Positions 40,968-50,989 of a DNA stretch of 64,000 nt are shown piece after piece (the first letter of the stretch is position 1; every line of letters begins with the position of its first letter). The translations under genes were made by a program, and so were the position numbers. The stretch is from contig CAZBLE010000003.1 in NCBI GenBank assembly GCA_964492735.1, positions 6,279 to 70,278 on the forward strand. Direction: 5' to 3'. Source of the stretch: an uncultured Gammaproteobacteria bacterium. GTDB taxonomy: Bacteria > Patescibacteriota > Patescibacteriia > UBA9570 > XYC2-FULL-38-9. The notes under the pieces are model-generated. The model saw only the letters and a list, made by a program, of their open reading frames with translations. It did not search any database and was not told the origin of the DNA.

Positions 40968-41435
40968 ATGACCCCAACCGAACGCACAGAATATTACCTA
41001 GAAAAACTATTCTGGCCACTTATTGGCGCAATTGTGTTAGTCTGCGCATCTTATTATAATATCTACCAAGTCTTTATTATTGCCGGTGTCTATTGCGTTC
41101 TTGCTGGCAGTATCGCTCGATACACAATTCTCATTCAAGAACACTGGAAAGTTGGCGCTGTTGTGGGCCTTCTGTCAGGCAGTCTCCTTGGAATCATTCA
41201 ATCAATCTTTGTGCTTGTGATTCATTTTTCTGTTCCAGCGATTTTTTCCTTACTACCACGCACTCTTATCACTACCACAAGTGTTGCGGTTACCGCTGCA
41301 CTATTTATTGAATGCTACTACATTGGCCTTCGTGTATGGGCACGCTACGCAACGAAACCATCAAAAAATATTGCACACACACCAAAAGAGTCCACGTCAA
41401 ATAAAAAACAATCAACAACAAAAAGATCCTCATAG
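40968..41435 (+). CDS. small polytopic membrane protein, hypothetical
   Basis: 155 aa. About four hydrophobic helices and a Lys/Ser/Thr-rich C-terminal tail. Confidence 0.5.
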   Translation: MTPTERTEYYLEKLFWPLIGAIVLVCASYYNIYQVFIIAGVYCVLAGSIARYTILIQEHWKVGAVVGLLSGSLLGIIQSIFVLVIHFSVPAIFSLLPRTLITTTSVAVTAALFIECYYIGLRVWARYATKPSKNIAHTPKESTSNKKQSTTKRSS

Positions 41436-41449
41436 CGAGGATCTTTTTT
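41421..41449. terminator. bidirectional intrinsic terminator between convergent genes (membrane protein and recA)
   Basis: AAAAAGATCCTC-atagc-GAGGATCTTTTTT: perfect 8-bp stem flanked by A-run and T-run. Confidence 0.7.
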
Positions 41450-41472
41450 CTGCTCTATATTACCTAGTAGCA

Positions 41473-42543
41473 CTATGCCGCCGTTGGTGCATCTGCAAGA
41501 TCAGCTTTTTTTGCAGCAGCTGCATTACCCATAATGCTTTTGCGAATATCCTTCATGAGTTTTTTGTTCTCATTTAAATATTGCTTCGCTGCCTCTCGAC
41601 CAACGCCGAGCTTTTCTTCACCAAACGCATAGGTATTACCATTTTTTGCAATCGCACCGAGCGCAACACCTGTATCGAGCAAGTCCCCTGCAAGGCTAAT
41701 ACCTTCATTGTACATAATGTCGAATTCAGTTGTACGGAATGGAGCAGCAACTTTATTTTTCACAATCTTCACTTTCACGCGGTTTCCAACTGTTAATTCA
41801 CCCTTTTTAATTTGTGCTGCACGACGCACTTCAATACGCACTGATGAATAAAATTTCAAAGCCATGCCGCCAGTTGTTGTTTCTGGGTTTCCAAACACAA
41901 CACCAATTTTCATACGAGTTTGGTTGATGAAAATAACGACACAGTTTGTCTTTGAAATAATACTGGTCAGTTTTCGGAGCGCTTGACTCATTAAACGTGC
42001 TTGCAAGCCCATGTGTGAATCTCCCATTTCACCTTCAATTTCAGCACGTGGGGTGAGAGCTGCAACAGAATCGACAACAATCACATCAACCGCATTTGAT
42101 CGAACTAATGTTTCTAAAATTTCTAACGCTTGTTCACCATTGTCTGGCTGAGAAATCAACATGTCATTTGTGTTGATACCAATCTTCTTCGCATATTCTG
42201 GATCGAGTGCATGCTCGGCATCAATAAATGCTGCTGTGCCGCCCATTTTTTGCACTTCTGCGATAACGTGCTGCGCAAGTGTTGTTTTACCAGATGATTC
42301 TGGACCATAAATTTCAACAACTCGACCACGTGGCATACCGCCGACTCCAAGTGCTAAATCTAATGACAGGCAACCCGTCGGCACTGCCTCAACATGCATT
42401 TCTTTTGAGTCCCCAAGCTTCATGATTGAACCTTCACCAAATCGATCGCGGATTTGCGCAATCGCCATTGATGCTGCCTCTGCCTTACCGTCAGCCTTTG
42501 TGTCTTTGACTGTCTTTGGTTCTTTATCGTCTTTTTTTGCCAT
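41473..42543 (-). CDS. recA: recombinase RecA
   Basis: Walker [12 protein letters not shown] and RecA core motifs. Start placed at MAKKDDKEP. The longest ORF extends to 42624. Upstream TTGACC-17-TATACT promoter. Confidence 0.95.
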   Translation of the reverse strand: MAKKDDKEPKTVKDTKADGKAEAASMAIAQIRDRFGEGSIMKLGDSKEMHVEAVPTGCLSLDLALGVGGMPRGRVVEIYGPESSGKTTLAQHVIAEVQKMGGTAAFIDAEHALDPEYAKKIGINTNDMLISQPDNGEQALEILETLVRSNAVDVIVVDSVAALTPRAEIEGEMGDSHMGLQARLMSQALRKLTSIISKTNCVVIFINQTRMKIGVVFGNPETTTGGMALKFYSSVRIEVRRAAQIKKGELTVGNRVKVKIVKNKVAAPFRTTEFDIMYNEGISLAGDLLDTGVALGAIAKNGNTYAFGEEKLGVGREAAKQYLNENKKLMKDIRKSIMGNAAAAKKADLADAPTAA

Positions 42544-42658
42544 ACGTATTTCTTTCTGCTTATTTATTATTTTGGGTGGTAAGAACAGTATAACCGAATA
42601 AAAACCGAAGGTCAACGGGGGCACAAAAAACTGTGGATATCCTCAGCCCAGCTACACC

Positions 42659-43429
42659 TTATTCAACTACTGGAGTTGGAACAACATCTGGCGCATCAAA
42701 TAACACATGCCGTATGACCTCTCGCTTGCGACTCCGTTTAAATTGCGCAGTGACGCGAATGGTATTTACTCCATCCTTCACAAATAATTCTGCACGAAAT
42801 GCACCATCAGAATTTACATCTTGACGCTGCCCATTAATTTCAACACTTGCTTCAGGTGATGTCGTGCCGGCGATAGTAATTTTTTCTGTGGTTGTTTGAT
42901 AATCTGATGCTGGCTCAGCAACAACAAGCTCGGGTGGATTATATAATCGCACGAGCTGGATAGTTACATATAATGCAAATACCAAAACTAGTAAACCAAA
43001 TAGACCGAACTTCACAAGTTGAGGAATAATAATTGCATGACGCTGTTCATATGAACGTAATACAGCGATTTTACGAGCCGTTGCGTCTTTTGGCTCTGCC
43101 TTTGTTTTTAATAAAGATTGTTGATTTTTTTCGTGTTGCGCTTTTGGAGAATCACGATAAATCATAATCTCCTTTTCATATTGTTCAGCAATAAACTCCC
43201 ACGGAACACCAAGAAATTTTGCGTAGACCTGCAAGTAATTTCGAATATACACCGGGGATGGCAAATCACTGTACTTCCCTTTTTCTAACGCGAGGAGAAA
43301 TGCACTCATTACTTTTGTTGCACGAGCCGCTTCATCAAGTGACACATCTTTTTCTGCACGAGCAGCTGCAAGAATCTCTCCAACTGTTTGATGCGCGAGC
43401 GCAGCGCGTTTACGAAATGGATTTTGCAT
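42659..43429 (-). CDS. HTH (XRE-like) domain membrane protein, RodZ-like
   Basis: 256 aa. N-terminal HTH (GEILAAARAEKDVSLDEAARATKV), central TM helix (FGLFGLLVLVFALYVTIQLV), C-terminal beta-rich domain. Confidence 0.55.
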   Translation of the reverse strand: MQNPFRKRAALAHQTVGEILAAARAEKDVSLDEAARATKVMSAFLLALEKGKYSDLPSPVYIRNYLQVYAKFLGVPWEFIAEQYEKEIMIYRDSPKAQHEKNQQSLLKTKAEPKDATARKIAVLRSYEQRHAIIIPQLVKFGLFGLLVLVFALYVTIQLVRLYNPPELVVAEPASDYQTTTEKITIAGTTSPEASVEINGQRQDVNSDGAFRAELFVKDGVNTIRVTAQFKRSRKREVIRHVLFDAPDVVPTPVVE

Positions 43430-43431
43430 TT

Positions 43432-45861
43432 CTATACACGCTCAGGTTCATCTGAATCTTCTAGATCATCGATCTCTTCTTCGTCATCTTCAACATCGTC
43501 GTCTTCTGATTCATCAGCATCATCTTCAGCCTCTGAAAATTCATCGCCTTCCATTTCCTCATCATCAGCCGGGCCAAGATCCACCTCCGTTGCGAGAATT
43601 TCTCGTGGCTTACTGCCTTCCGCGGGCCCAATAAATCCTTCTTCTTCTAAGATGTCTAAAATACGAGCCGCGCGCGCATATCCAACCCGCAACCGGCGCT
43701 GCAGCAATGACGCAGAGGCTTTACCGGCCTGTAATAACACTTTCTTCGCTTCCTCTAATAACTCATCTTCGTCACTTCCCATGCCATCACTCACCATTCC
43801 AGGAATTCCTTTTGCGGAAATTTTTTCTGTAATATCACTATTGTAGTCTGGCTCACCAGCTTCTTCTTTCAAAAATTCAACAACTTTTTCAATTTCATTT
43901 TCATCAATATACGCACCTTGATACCGACGTGGTTTACTGGTACTTGGATCGATGTAGAGCATGTCCCCACGACCAAGTAATTTTTCTGCGCCTGAAAAAT
44001 CTAAAATCGTACGGGAATCAACGAGCGACGTCACAGCAAATGCGATACGGGTTGGCATGTTGGCCTTAATCAAACCGGTGATTACATTAACCGATGGACG
44101 CTGCGTTGCAAGCACGAGGTGGATACCGACCGCACGAGACATTTGTGACAAACGCACAATTGCCGCTTCAACTGATGAAGAAGCAACGGACATAATATCC
44201 GCCAATTCATCAATAATGAAGACGATGTATGGCATGCGATCTTCGTTATTTGCCGCTGTATTGTAGCCCTCAATATTCCGCTTCCCTGCACGAGAGAGCA
44301 CTTCGTAGCGACGATCCATTTCTGTGACTGCCCATTTCAATGAGTTGACTGTTTTTTCAACGTCGGTAATAACTGGTGTTAATAGATGCGGAATACCGTT
44401 GTAGACAGACAGCTCCACCCGCTTTGGATCGACCATGATGAATTTCAAATCATCTGGTGAGTTTTGATAGAGTAACGAAACAATCAAACTATTAATTCCG
44501 ACGGATTTTCCAGAACCGGTTGCACCAGCAATCAAGACATGTGGCATTTTATTGACCGATACCATCGCGGTTTTTCCAGAGACATCGCGGCCAATACAAA
44601 ACATCAAATTATCTTCGCGTTTTTTGAATTCTTTGGATTCTAATAAATCACGCAAACGCACAGTTGCGGTTGTTTTGTTTGGCACTTCAATGCCCACTTG
44701 TGACTTCCCTGGAATTGGCGCTTCAATACGAATGGGATGCGCGGCAAGTGCAAGCGCGAGGTCATTACTAAGTGATGTAATCTGCGTCAGTTTCACACCT
44801 TGCGCTGGCTTCAGTGCATATTGCGTCACCATTGGACCAACACTCACCTCTTCCATCTCAACGTCGATACGGAAATTTTCAAATGTTGATCGAATCTTTT
44901 CTTTATTGCCTTCAATATCACCACTCATTGGTTTATCTGTACTGCGCACTAATAAATCCAGCGGCATATCGACTTTTGTGCGGCGACGTTTTGGTTTTTG
45001 TGGGACAAATTCTAATTGTTCAGCAGAGCTTGGGTCAATCGCTGCTTCACTCGTGCGTTCCGCCAGTTCAGCTGATGTAAACGCTGGTACTTCTTCTTCA
45101 AGAAGTTCTTCTTCGACATCTTCATCAAGCAATTCTTCATCCTCTTCCCATTCTTCCTCATCATCTTCTGTGCCATCATCTAATACATATCCATATCGGC
45201 GCGCTGTAATACGCTGGCGAATCCATTGCACGGGTTTTGCCAAAAGTTTCACAGAACCCAAAACATCTAACAATGCGTTTAATGATGTTTGGAAGGTCAT
45301 TAATACTGAAGCAATCAGCAATGCGAACAATACAACCACTGAAGCCCAAATACCTGCGTATTTCAACAATGGATACGCGAGTAATACACCGAACAATCCA
45401 CCGCCGCGTCCATCTTGCAGCACAGTAAGAGAGTCAGGCAATGGAATCCATAGATGAATAAGTGCCAGTAATGCCAAGATACACAACACTGAACCAACCC
45501 AATTCACTGCACGCACTTGATATCGACTTGGGTGAAGCAAGACATATCCTAAGGCCGCAAATACAACAGTCATCATATATCGCCCCCAACCAAACAACCA
45601 ACCAAGACCGGTATCAATCCAGACACCAAGATCCCCAGCCGCATCAATAAATGCTAAAAACGATAAAATCGCGACACTAAAAAAGAAAATAACTGTGAGG
45701 CCACGTTGTGTTCCGTGTTCGTCAGAAAATTGAAACAACTCTGTTTCGTCGTCATCTTCGTCAAAATCTTCGATATCCTCAATATCTTCAGTCTTTTTCT
45801 TTCGACCGCGTTTTTTTGGTTCAAGCTCTTCGTCCTGATTTTTCTTCTTTTTTGCTGGCAT
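43432..45861 (-). CDS. ftsK: DNA translocase FtsK/SpoIIIE with poly-acidic N- and C-terminal tails
   Basis: 809 aa. N-terminal TM region, Walker A GATGSGKSV, motor domain, and winged-helix gamma-like domain. Both termini are E/D-rich, for example the C-terminal DDEEMEGDEFSEAEDDADESEDDDVEDDEEEIDDLEDSDE. Confidence 0.9.
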   Translation of the reverse strand: MPAKKKKNQDEELEPKKRGRKKKTEDIEDIEDFDEDDDETELFQFSDEHGTQRGLTVIFFFSVAILSFLAFIDAAGDLGVWIDTGLGWLFGWGRYMMTVVFAALGYVLLHPSRYQVRAVNWVGSVLCILALLALIHLWIPLPDSLTVLQDGRGGGLFGVLLAYPLLKYAGIWASVVVLFALLIASVLMTFQTSLNALLDVLGSVKLLAKPVQWIRQRITARRYGYVLDDGTEDDEEEWEEDEELLDEDVEEELLEEEVPAFTSAELAERTSEAAIDPSSAEQLEFVPQKPKRRRTKVDMPLDLLVRSTDKPMSGDIEGNKEKIRSTFENFRIDVEMEEVSVGPMVTQYALKPAQGVKLTQITSLSNDLALALAAHPIRIEAPIPGKSQVGIEVPNKTTATVRLRDLLESKEFKKREDNLMFCIGRDVSGKTAMVSVNKMPHVLIAGATGSGKSVGINSLIVSLLYQNSPDDLKFIMVDPKRVELSVYNGIPHLLTPVITDVEKTVNSLKWAVTEMDRRYEVLSRAGKRNIEGYNTAANNEDRMPYIVFIIDELADIMSVASSSVEAAIVRLSQMSRAVGIHLVLATQRPSVNVITGLIKANMPTRIAFAVTSLVDSRTILDFSGAEKLLGRGDMLYIDPSTSKPRRYQGAYIDENEIEKVVEFLKEEAGEPDYNSDITEKISAKGIPGMVSDGMGSDEDELLEEAKKVLLQAGKASASLLQRRLRVGYARAARILDILEEEGFIGPAEGSKPREILATEVDLGPADDEEMEGDEFSEAEDDADESEDDDVEDDEEEIDDLEDSDEPERV

Positions 45862-45922
45862 AGGATTTTACTATACCACAAAAAAAGCCCCGTTCAAAGG
45901 GGCTTTTTGAGCTGAGTCGATA

Positions 45923-47089
45923 TTATCGTAACTCAGGACGAATAGTTTCGTCGATTGCCTTTTTTTGATACTCAGACGGCTTTGCGCCTGTTGCTTTCGC
46001 AACTTTTGCAAGTTCTTGAGCAACTTGCCCATCAAGCGCATCTTTATGATCATGCAAAAATGCAGCGCGATCAGAAGGGGTTACACGAGCTTTCATAAAC
46101 TCAACAGATTTGTACAAATCCTCAACTGCTTTCGCAATAGCGCCGCCTGTTGCAGTGTCTACCGCAAGAATCTCTGCTTGCAAATCAGCAAGCTGTGTAT
46201 ATTCATCATATCCACCGCGCACCAAATTCGCTTGAGGAATGTAATCACTAAATGTTGCAAGAGACTCCATGAACTGACGGAATTCTGCATATGAAATTTC
46301 GCCTGTTTGTGGATATTGATCGACAAGATTTTGTAGATACTCTACATAGATGCGAGTTTGCTCCACGCCTGCAGCGACAACATGCTCATGTTTAACCTTT
46401 GGTGTACGCGTATCATGAATCAAGCGATTTTTCTGCTCTTCATGAACAAGATGAAGTAACGGACCAGTATAGCCAAACGCTTCAGTGAGAGAAACGACAA
46501 ATGCACGCTTCTCTTCTTTTGATAATTTTTCATTCAGTAGTGGATTCACCGCATCTTGCCCATGGTTGACTCGATCATCCATTTCAGCCAACAGGCCAGT
46601 TGTGTCAGTGACGTAAAATGGAAGATCTTTGTCTGGAGCCATACGTGCTAATGCCTGATCTGACATTGTGCGAGAAACAACACCTCCAGCCTGCATACGA
46701 TCCAACTCTCCTTGAGTCCATAAGACACCTTCACCAAGATTTTCACGACTGGCAAAGCCTTGCGGGTTAAACATCCAACGATTGATATCGTCCTTTTTTA
46801 TTTCTAGCCCCATGCGTCCTTCTGAAACATTTGTTCCAGACTCAGCAGCACTCAATACAATATCAGGGTCTTGTACATACGCAACAAAACGCTTCGCTTC
46901 AGTCTTAATATCTGAAACGACATACTGTCGTACTTGTTCTGGCAACTGCGCAATACGCGGATCAGTTGCATCGACCTGCTCTGTTGGTGGCTGCACGTCC
47001 ATTGCTCGTGCTGGACGATTCATCTCACCGCTTGCTGCCGCTAAACCCGCTGCTGCGGCAAATGCACGCATTTTTCCTTCAAAACCCAT
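45923..47089 (-). CDS. hypothetical exported protein (388 aa)
   Basis: Ala-rich signal-like N-terminus MRAFAAAAGLAAASGE. No recognised domain. Promoter TTGACT-17-TACTAT upstream. Confidence 0.5.
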   Translation of the reverse strand: MGFEGKMRAFAAAAGLAAASGEMNRPARAMDVQPPTEQVDATDPRIAQLPEQVRQYVVSDIKTEAKRFVAYVQDPDIVLSAAESGTNVSEGRMGLEIKKDDINRWMFNPQGFASRENLGEGVLWTQGELDRMQAGGVVSRTMSDQALARMAPDKDLPFYVTDTTGLLAEMDDRVNHGQDAVNPLLNEKLSKEEKRAFVVSLTEAFGYTGPLLHLVHEEQKNRLIHDTRTPKVKHEHVVAAGVEQTRIYVEYLQNLVDQYPQTGEISYAEFRQFMESLATFSDYIPQANLVRGGYDEYTQLADLQAEILAVDTATGGAIAKAVEDLYKSVEFMKARVTPSDRAAFLHDHKDALDGQVAQELAKVAKATGAKPSEYQKKAIDETIRPELR

Positions 47090-47172
47090 ATTTTTACTTT
47101 TATTAATAGTAAAACACTACTATGAGTTTATAGTACCATTTTTTACCGAAAAAGTCAATGCTCTGTACTACA

Positions 47173-47940
47173 CTACTCAACAATGCGCAATGAATACGAC
47201 CAATCGTGGAACTCAGCACCATCTTCTACAATAGATCCATCACGTGACATAGAGTCTTGTCCAAGTTTTAGAAAAAGATATTTTCCTGGAACAGCGCTAT
47301 TCATAACAAAATACTGAATACCGTTTGTTGCAGTGTAATCAGCTGGGCATTTATCGCCAATATCCCACCAAGGACCTTCTTTTGGAGCAAGATCTTCTGA
47401 AAAAGAAATTTCAGCAGCAGTGTATCCACTCGGAGCAACTTCTGTGGGACTATACGCTGCAACGAAACAATCCGTTTTTTTATAGTCTTTCAAAAAACGA
47501 TTCTGTATTGCCTCTTCTAAGGTCAGCTTGTCATCTTTTGTGAAGACTTGAATCGATTTTCCAGTTTCTGGTTCATACTTCGCATCATGTACATATATCG
47601 TATCTCCTTTTTCAGTCACTACGGTCTCAACAGATGAATCATATTGTGACTGCGGGAGATACGTAAAGCCAACGCCAAGTTTTTCTGAATAGAATAATTT
47701 TGTTTCAGGTGCTTTACTGCGGATATCAAATAGTGCGTCCAGCTTCTGTTGTTTTGTGAGTGGAACTGCTTGTTCGTTTGTTGTATTGCTCACGACAATA
47801 TTTGCATTCCCATTCGTGTTCACAGCAGTTGAATCAGCCATGATATTACGGACAATCACATAGCCTGCAATAGATAGCACGACGACACACGCAAGCGCGA
47901 CGATACCATAAATCATCCTGAGAGTATTTTTTGAATTCAT
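47173..47940 (-). CDS. membrane-anchored hypothetical protein
   Basis: Signal-anchor MNSKNTLRMIYGIVALACVVVLSIAGYVIV followed by a ~230-aa extracytoplasmic domain. The longest ORF extends to 48012. Confidence 0.5.
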   Translation of the reverse strand: MNSKNTLRMIYGIVALACVVVLSIAGYVIVRNIMADSTAVNTNGNANIVVSNTTNEQAVPLTKQQKLDALFDIRSKAPETKLFYSEKLGVGFTYLPQSQYDSSVETVVTEKGDTIYVHDAKYEPETGKSIQVFTKDDKLTLEEAIQNRFLKDYKKTDCFVAAYSPTEVAPSGYTAAEISFSEDLAPKEGPWWDIGDKCPADYTATNGIQYFVMNSAVPGKYLFLKLGQDSMSRDGSIVEDGAEFHDWSYSLRIVE

Positions 47941-48064
47941 AATCGAATAGTTATGAGATAATACAGACATGCTACGCCACTCAGTTGATAAAATCAACAA
48001 AGCTGGCAGCATGTGCGCGGCAGAAAACTATGCCGCAGCCAATAACAAAAAATAATTCTAAGAA

Positions 48065-49099
48065 TTACCGTGGTCGGCGCGATCGTGCTCTACTATGCTC
48101 TCCTTCAGATCCTGTATCAGTCGTGCCTTGATCTGCTGCTGTATCTTCAACGCCATCTGATGAGGAATCATTTTCACCTTGCTCTTTGAGCGCTTCCAAT
48201 TCCAATGCCTGTATTTCTCGGCGAATATTATCTTGCAGCTTTTCGTATATTGCACCTCGTTGTGCATAAAACACCTCTGCGACTTCTTGTGGCATAACAC
48301 CAAATGGCATGAAAATCTCCTGAGATCCCGGCAATAAAACCCTCTTGGTAAGAGCATCTTCTTCCTCAATTGTCGACACTCCTGTCTGTAAACTCATCAT
48401 TTGATTATATACATCATTTGCCCAAACATCTTGAGGTATTTGCTGTATTGCTTGTAGTTGTGAGATCCGTATTTTTACATCGACTGATTGCAAATCATTA
48501 AAATGATTTGGGTGGGTCAAAATACCATATATCTTTGCGAATTCGGTTACACAATAATCAACAATATAGACGGGATCATGAGCTTGAATAGATTTATCTC
48601 TGATGTATTCATCAAAAACAATCTGATCATCAGGGATGTAAAATGTATGCGCACCAAGTGCATAATGCAGTATCTCATGTCGAGCAACCCGGACGGGATC
48701 TGAATACATCGTAGGATCATCCTGAGCAATATACCCCCGAAACCGAATACTATCGTCTGACAATGACTTTGTAGCGTAGCCACCTGCTTCTCCGAGAATG
48801 TCCAAATCCTCGCCGGGCTTGGGGGAAATGATTTCTATCATTCCATCACGCAAATGTTGTCGAAGGACATCAGGTGCATGTATAATCGCATCCTTAACTC
48901 TATTTGGGTTGGTTCTGAGAATATCTGGATCAATACTTGCTGATAATGCTGCTGAAAACTCAACGTCTCTAGCCATAATATCTGCAATTTCCCACAAATG
49001 AGCCTCTTCTGCATCTGTTGGTAATCGAGAAACCGCATCATAATGACTACAAGCTGACATAGCCGCTCCAAGAGCGATAATCATTTTTGTGTTTGACAT
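48065..49099 (-). CDS. putative zinc-metallopeptidase lipoprotein (HExxH)
   Basis: Lipobox MSNTKMIIALGAAMSAC and HEILH (HExxH) motif in ARHEILHYALGAH. Acidic, Ser-rich C-terminus. Start placed at MSNTK. The longest ORF extends to 49174. Confidence 0.5.
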   Translation of the reverse strand: MSNTKMIIALGAAMSACSHYDAVSRLPTDAEEAHLWEIADIMARDVEFSAALSASIDPDILRTNPNRVKDAIIHAPDVLRQHLRDGMIEIISPKPGEDLDILGEAGGYATKSLSDDSIRFRGYIAQDDPTMYSDPVRVARHEILHYALGAHTFYIPDDQIVFDEYIRDKSIQAHDPVYIVDYCVTEFAKIYGILTHPNHFNDLQSVDVKIRISQLQAIQQIPQDVWANDVYNQMMSLQTGVSTIEEEDALTKRVLLPGSQEIFMPFGVMPQEVAEVFYAQRGAIYEKLQDNIRREIQALELEALKEQGENDSSSDGVEDTAADQGTTDTGSEGEHSRARSRRPR

Positions 49100-49115
49100 A
49101 GTAGCAATAGAATAA

Positions 49116-50933
49116 TTATTCCCACTCAATTGTAGCGGGTGGTTTATTGGTGATATCAAACAATACCGCGCCAATTCCGTCGATGGTCAGTAATTCTTTT
49201 GCCATTTCTTGTAAGACATGTTGATTCATGGGGTAGAAATTCACCGTCATCGCCTCTTGCGATTCAATTGGTCGAAGCACAATTGTTTCACTATCCTCTT
49301 CCGTGAATGACAGTGGCGCGAGAATCACCGGGAATTGCCAAATGTCGTTGTACAGCCCACTCGCTGCAACATGCTGTGTCATTACTTGTTCCGCTTTGCG
49401 CAATATATCAAGTCGATCTTGAGTCAGTGTTCCTTGTAGGAGTCGGGGCGCAGCTGCGGGATTTCCTCCGGCAATGTGCAAGACAACACGGTTCACACCC
49501 TTTACCACATTCGTTGTTTCAACAGATAGTTCTTGCAGTTTCTCCCACGCAATTTTTTCGGCGTTGTAAAATAGCGCTGGATGTTGATACGATCGCTGAT
49601 CTCCTTGAACACCAACACTGCGCACCGGGAGCACGCGTCCAGAAATGCCAGCCTCTTGAATGATGCCTGCAATCTGCGCATCAATTTCTGCTTCATTTTC
49701 AACCACAACGTCCGTTTCGGTGTTGCAGAGCGTGCGAATGGAAAGGCCCGGCCCTGGAAACGGCCAACGGTTTAAGAGTGGTGCTGGAATCCCGAGTTGT
49801 GCGCCAAGTTCACGCACTTCGTCTTTGTAAAGCTCAGCAAGCGGCTCAATCACACCACCTTGTTCAATCATTTCCATGATTTCCGGAATTCGGTTGTGAT
49901 GGGTTTTAATTGTGTCAGAGGCTTTGGTTCCGCCAGATTCAATGGTGTCTGGATAAATTGTTCCTTGTCCGAGCATCCACTCAGCTGGATCAAATTTCAA
50001 CTCCTTGATCATCTTTTTCTGGACGTCAATAAAGGTTCGGCCAATGATATTGCGCTTTTCTTCCGGTTCTGCAACGCCTGCGACTGCTGTGAGGAAATCT
50101 TCTTGGGCTTCAACAACGTGGAGATTTTCAAACCCAGCAGCGGCAAGTGATTGTTTCACCAAAGTGGATTCATTCAGGCGCATAAATCCGTTGTCGACAT
50201 GGAGTCCATAGACCCGCTCTTTGCCAAGAATTTTTTCAAGCAACGCAAAGGCGACTGTTGAGTCAACACCACCTGAAACAAACAAAAAGACATTGCGCTC
50301 ACCGACCTGCTCTTTAATGTGTTCTGTGAGTTCTGCAAGATACTGCTCCATGCTCCAGTTCTTTTCTGCCTTACAAATATCAAGCACAAAATTTTCAAGC
50401 ATCGCCATGCCGTGAGTTGTGTGCGCCACTTCAACATGAAATTGCAAACCATATCGACGACGCGCATCATCTGCCATTCCAGAAATAGACGCCGCTTTTG
50501 TGCGCGCAGTCATGTGAAATCCTTCTGGCACCTCAGCGACAGAATCCCAATGACTCATCCAGACTGGTTCATTTTTCTGCAATCCTTTAAATAACGAAGA
50601 ATCATCATGCACTTCAATTTCCGCAAGACCGTATTCACTTTCAAAGCCAGATTTCACTACACCACCATAATGATGCGCCATAAGCTGATGCCCATAACAC
50701 AGGCCAAGTACTGGAACTGGAAGATCAAAAATTGCTGGGTCATAGGCAATTTTTTGCTCGTTCACATCATTTGGTCCGCCAGACAAAATAACACCCCACG
50801 CGTCAGACAACTCTTCCGCTGATACATCAGACGGATAAATTTTTGTGAGCACTCCCATTTGCCGAATTCGGCGAGAAATGAGGTGCATATATTGAGAGCC
50901 AAAATCAAGAATGGCGATATGTTTATGATTCAT
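49116..50933 (-). CDS. guaA: GMP synthase (glutamine-hydrolysing)
   Basis: N-terminal class-I glutamine amidotransferase (IAILDFGSQY, catalytic Cys in GLCYGHQL) and C-terminal ATP-PPase SGGVDS PP-loop. Confidence 0.95.
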   Translation of the reverse strand: MNHKHIAILDFGSQYMHLISRRIRQMGVLTKIYPSDVSAEELSDAWGVILSGGPNDVNEQKIAYDPAIFDLPVPVLGLCYGHQLMAHHYGGVVKSGFESEYGLAEIEVHDDSSLFKGLQKNEPVWMSHWDSVAEVPEGFHMTARTKAASISGMADDARRRYGLQFHVEVAHTTHGMAMLENFVLDICKAEKNWSMEQYLAELTEHIKEQVGERNVFLFVSGGVDSTVAFALLEKILGKERVYGLHVDNGFMRLNESTLVKQSLAAAGFENLHVVEAQEDFLTAVAGVAEPEEKRNIIGRTFIDVQKKMIKELKFDPAEWMLGQGTIYPDTIESGGTKASDTIKTHHNRIPEIMEMIEQGGVIEPLAELYKDEVRELGAQLGIPAPLLNRWPFPGPGLSIRTLCNTETDVVVENEAEIDAQIAGIIQEAGISGRVLPVRSVGVQGDQRSYQHPALFYNAEKIAWEKLQELSVETTNVVKGVNRVVLHIAGGNPAAAPRLLQGTLTQDRLDILRKAEQVMTQHVAASGLYNDIWQFPVILAPLSFTEEDSETIVLRPIESQEAMTVNFYPMNQHVLQEMAKELLTIDGIGAVLFDITNKPPATIEWE

Positions 50934-50989
50934 AGCCGTAGTGTACCCGAAACGCCTGAAAAATCAACCTTTCTTCGTATAACTCTTTA

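Noticed and set aside
42544-42658. LexA/Cheo-box SOS operator upstream of recA, and similar boxes upstream of uvrA
   Set aside because: Only half-site-like GTTC/GAAC fragments are seen. Neither a GAAC-N4-GTTC nor a CTGT-N8-ACAG palindrome is present."}
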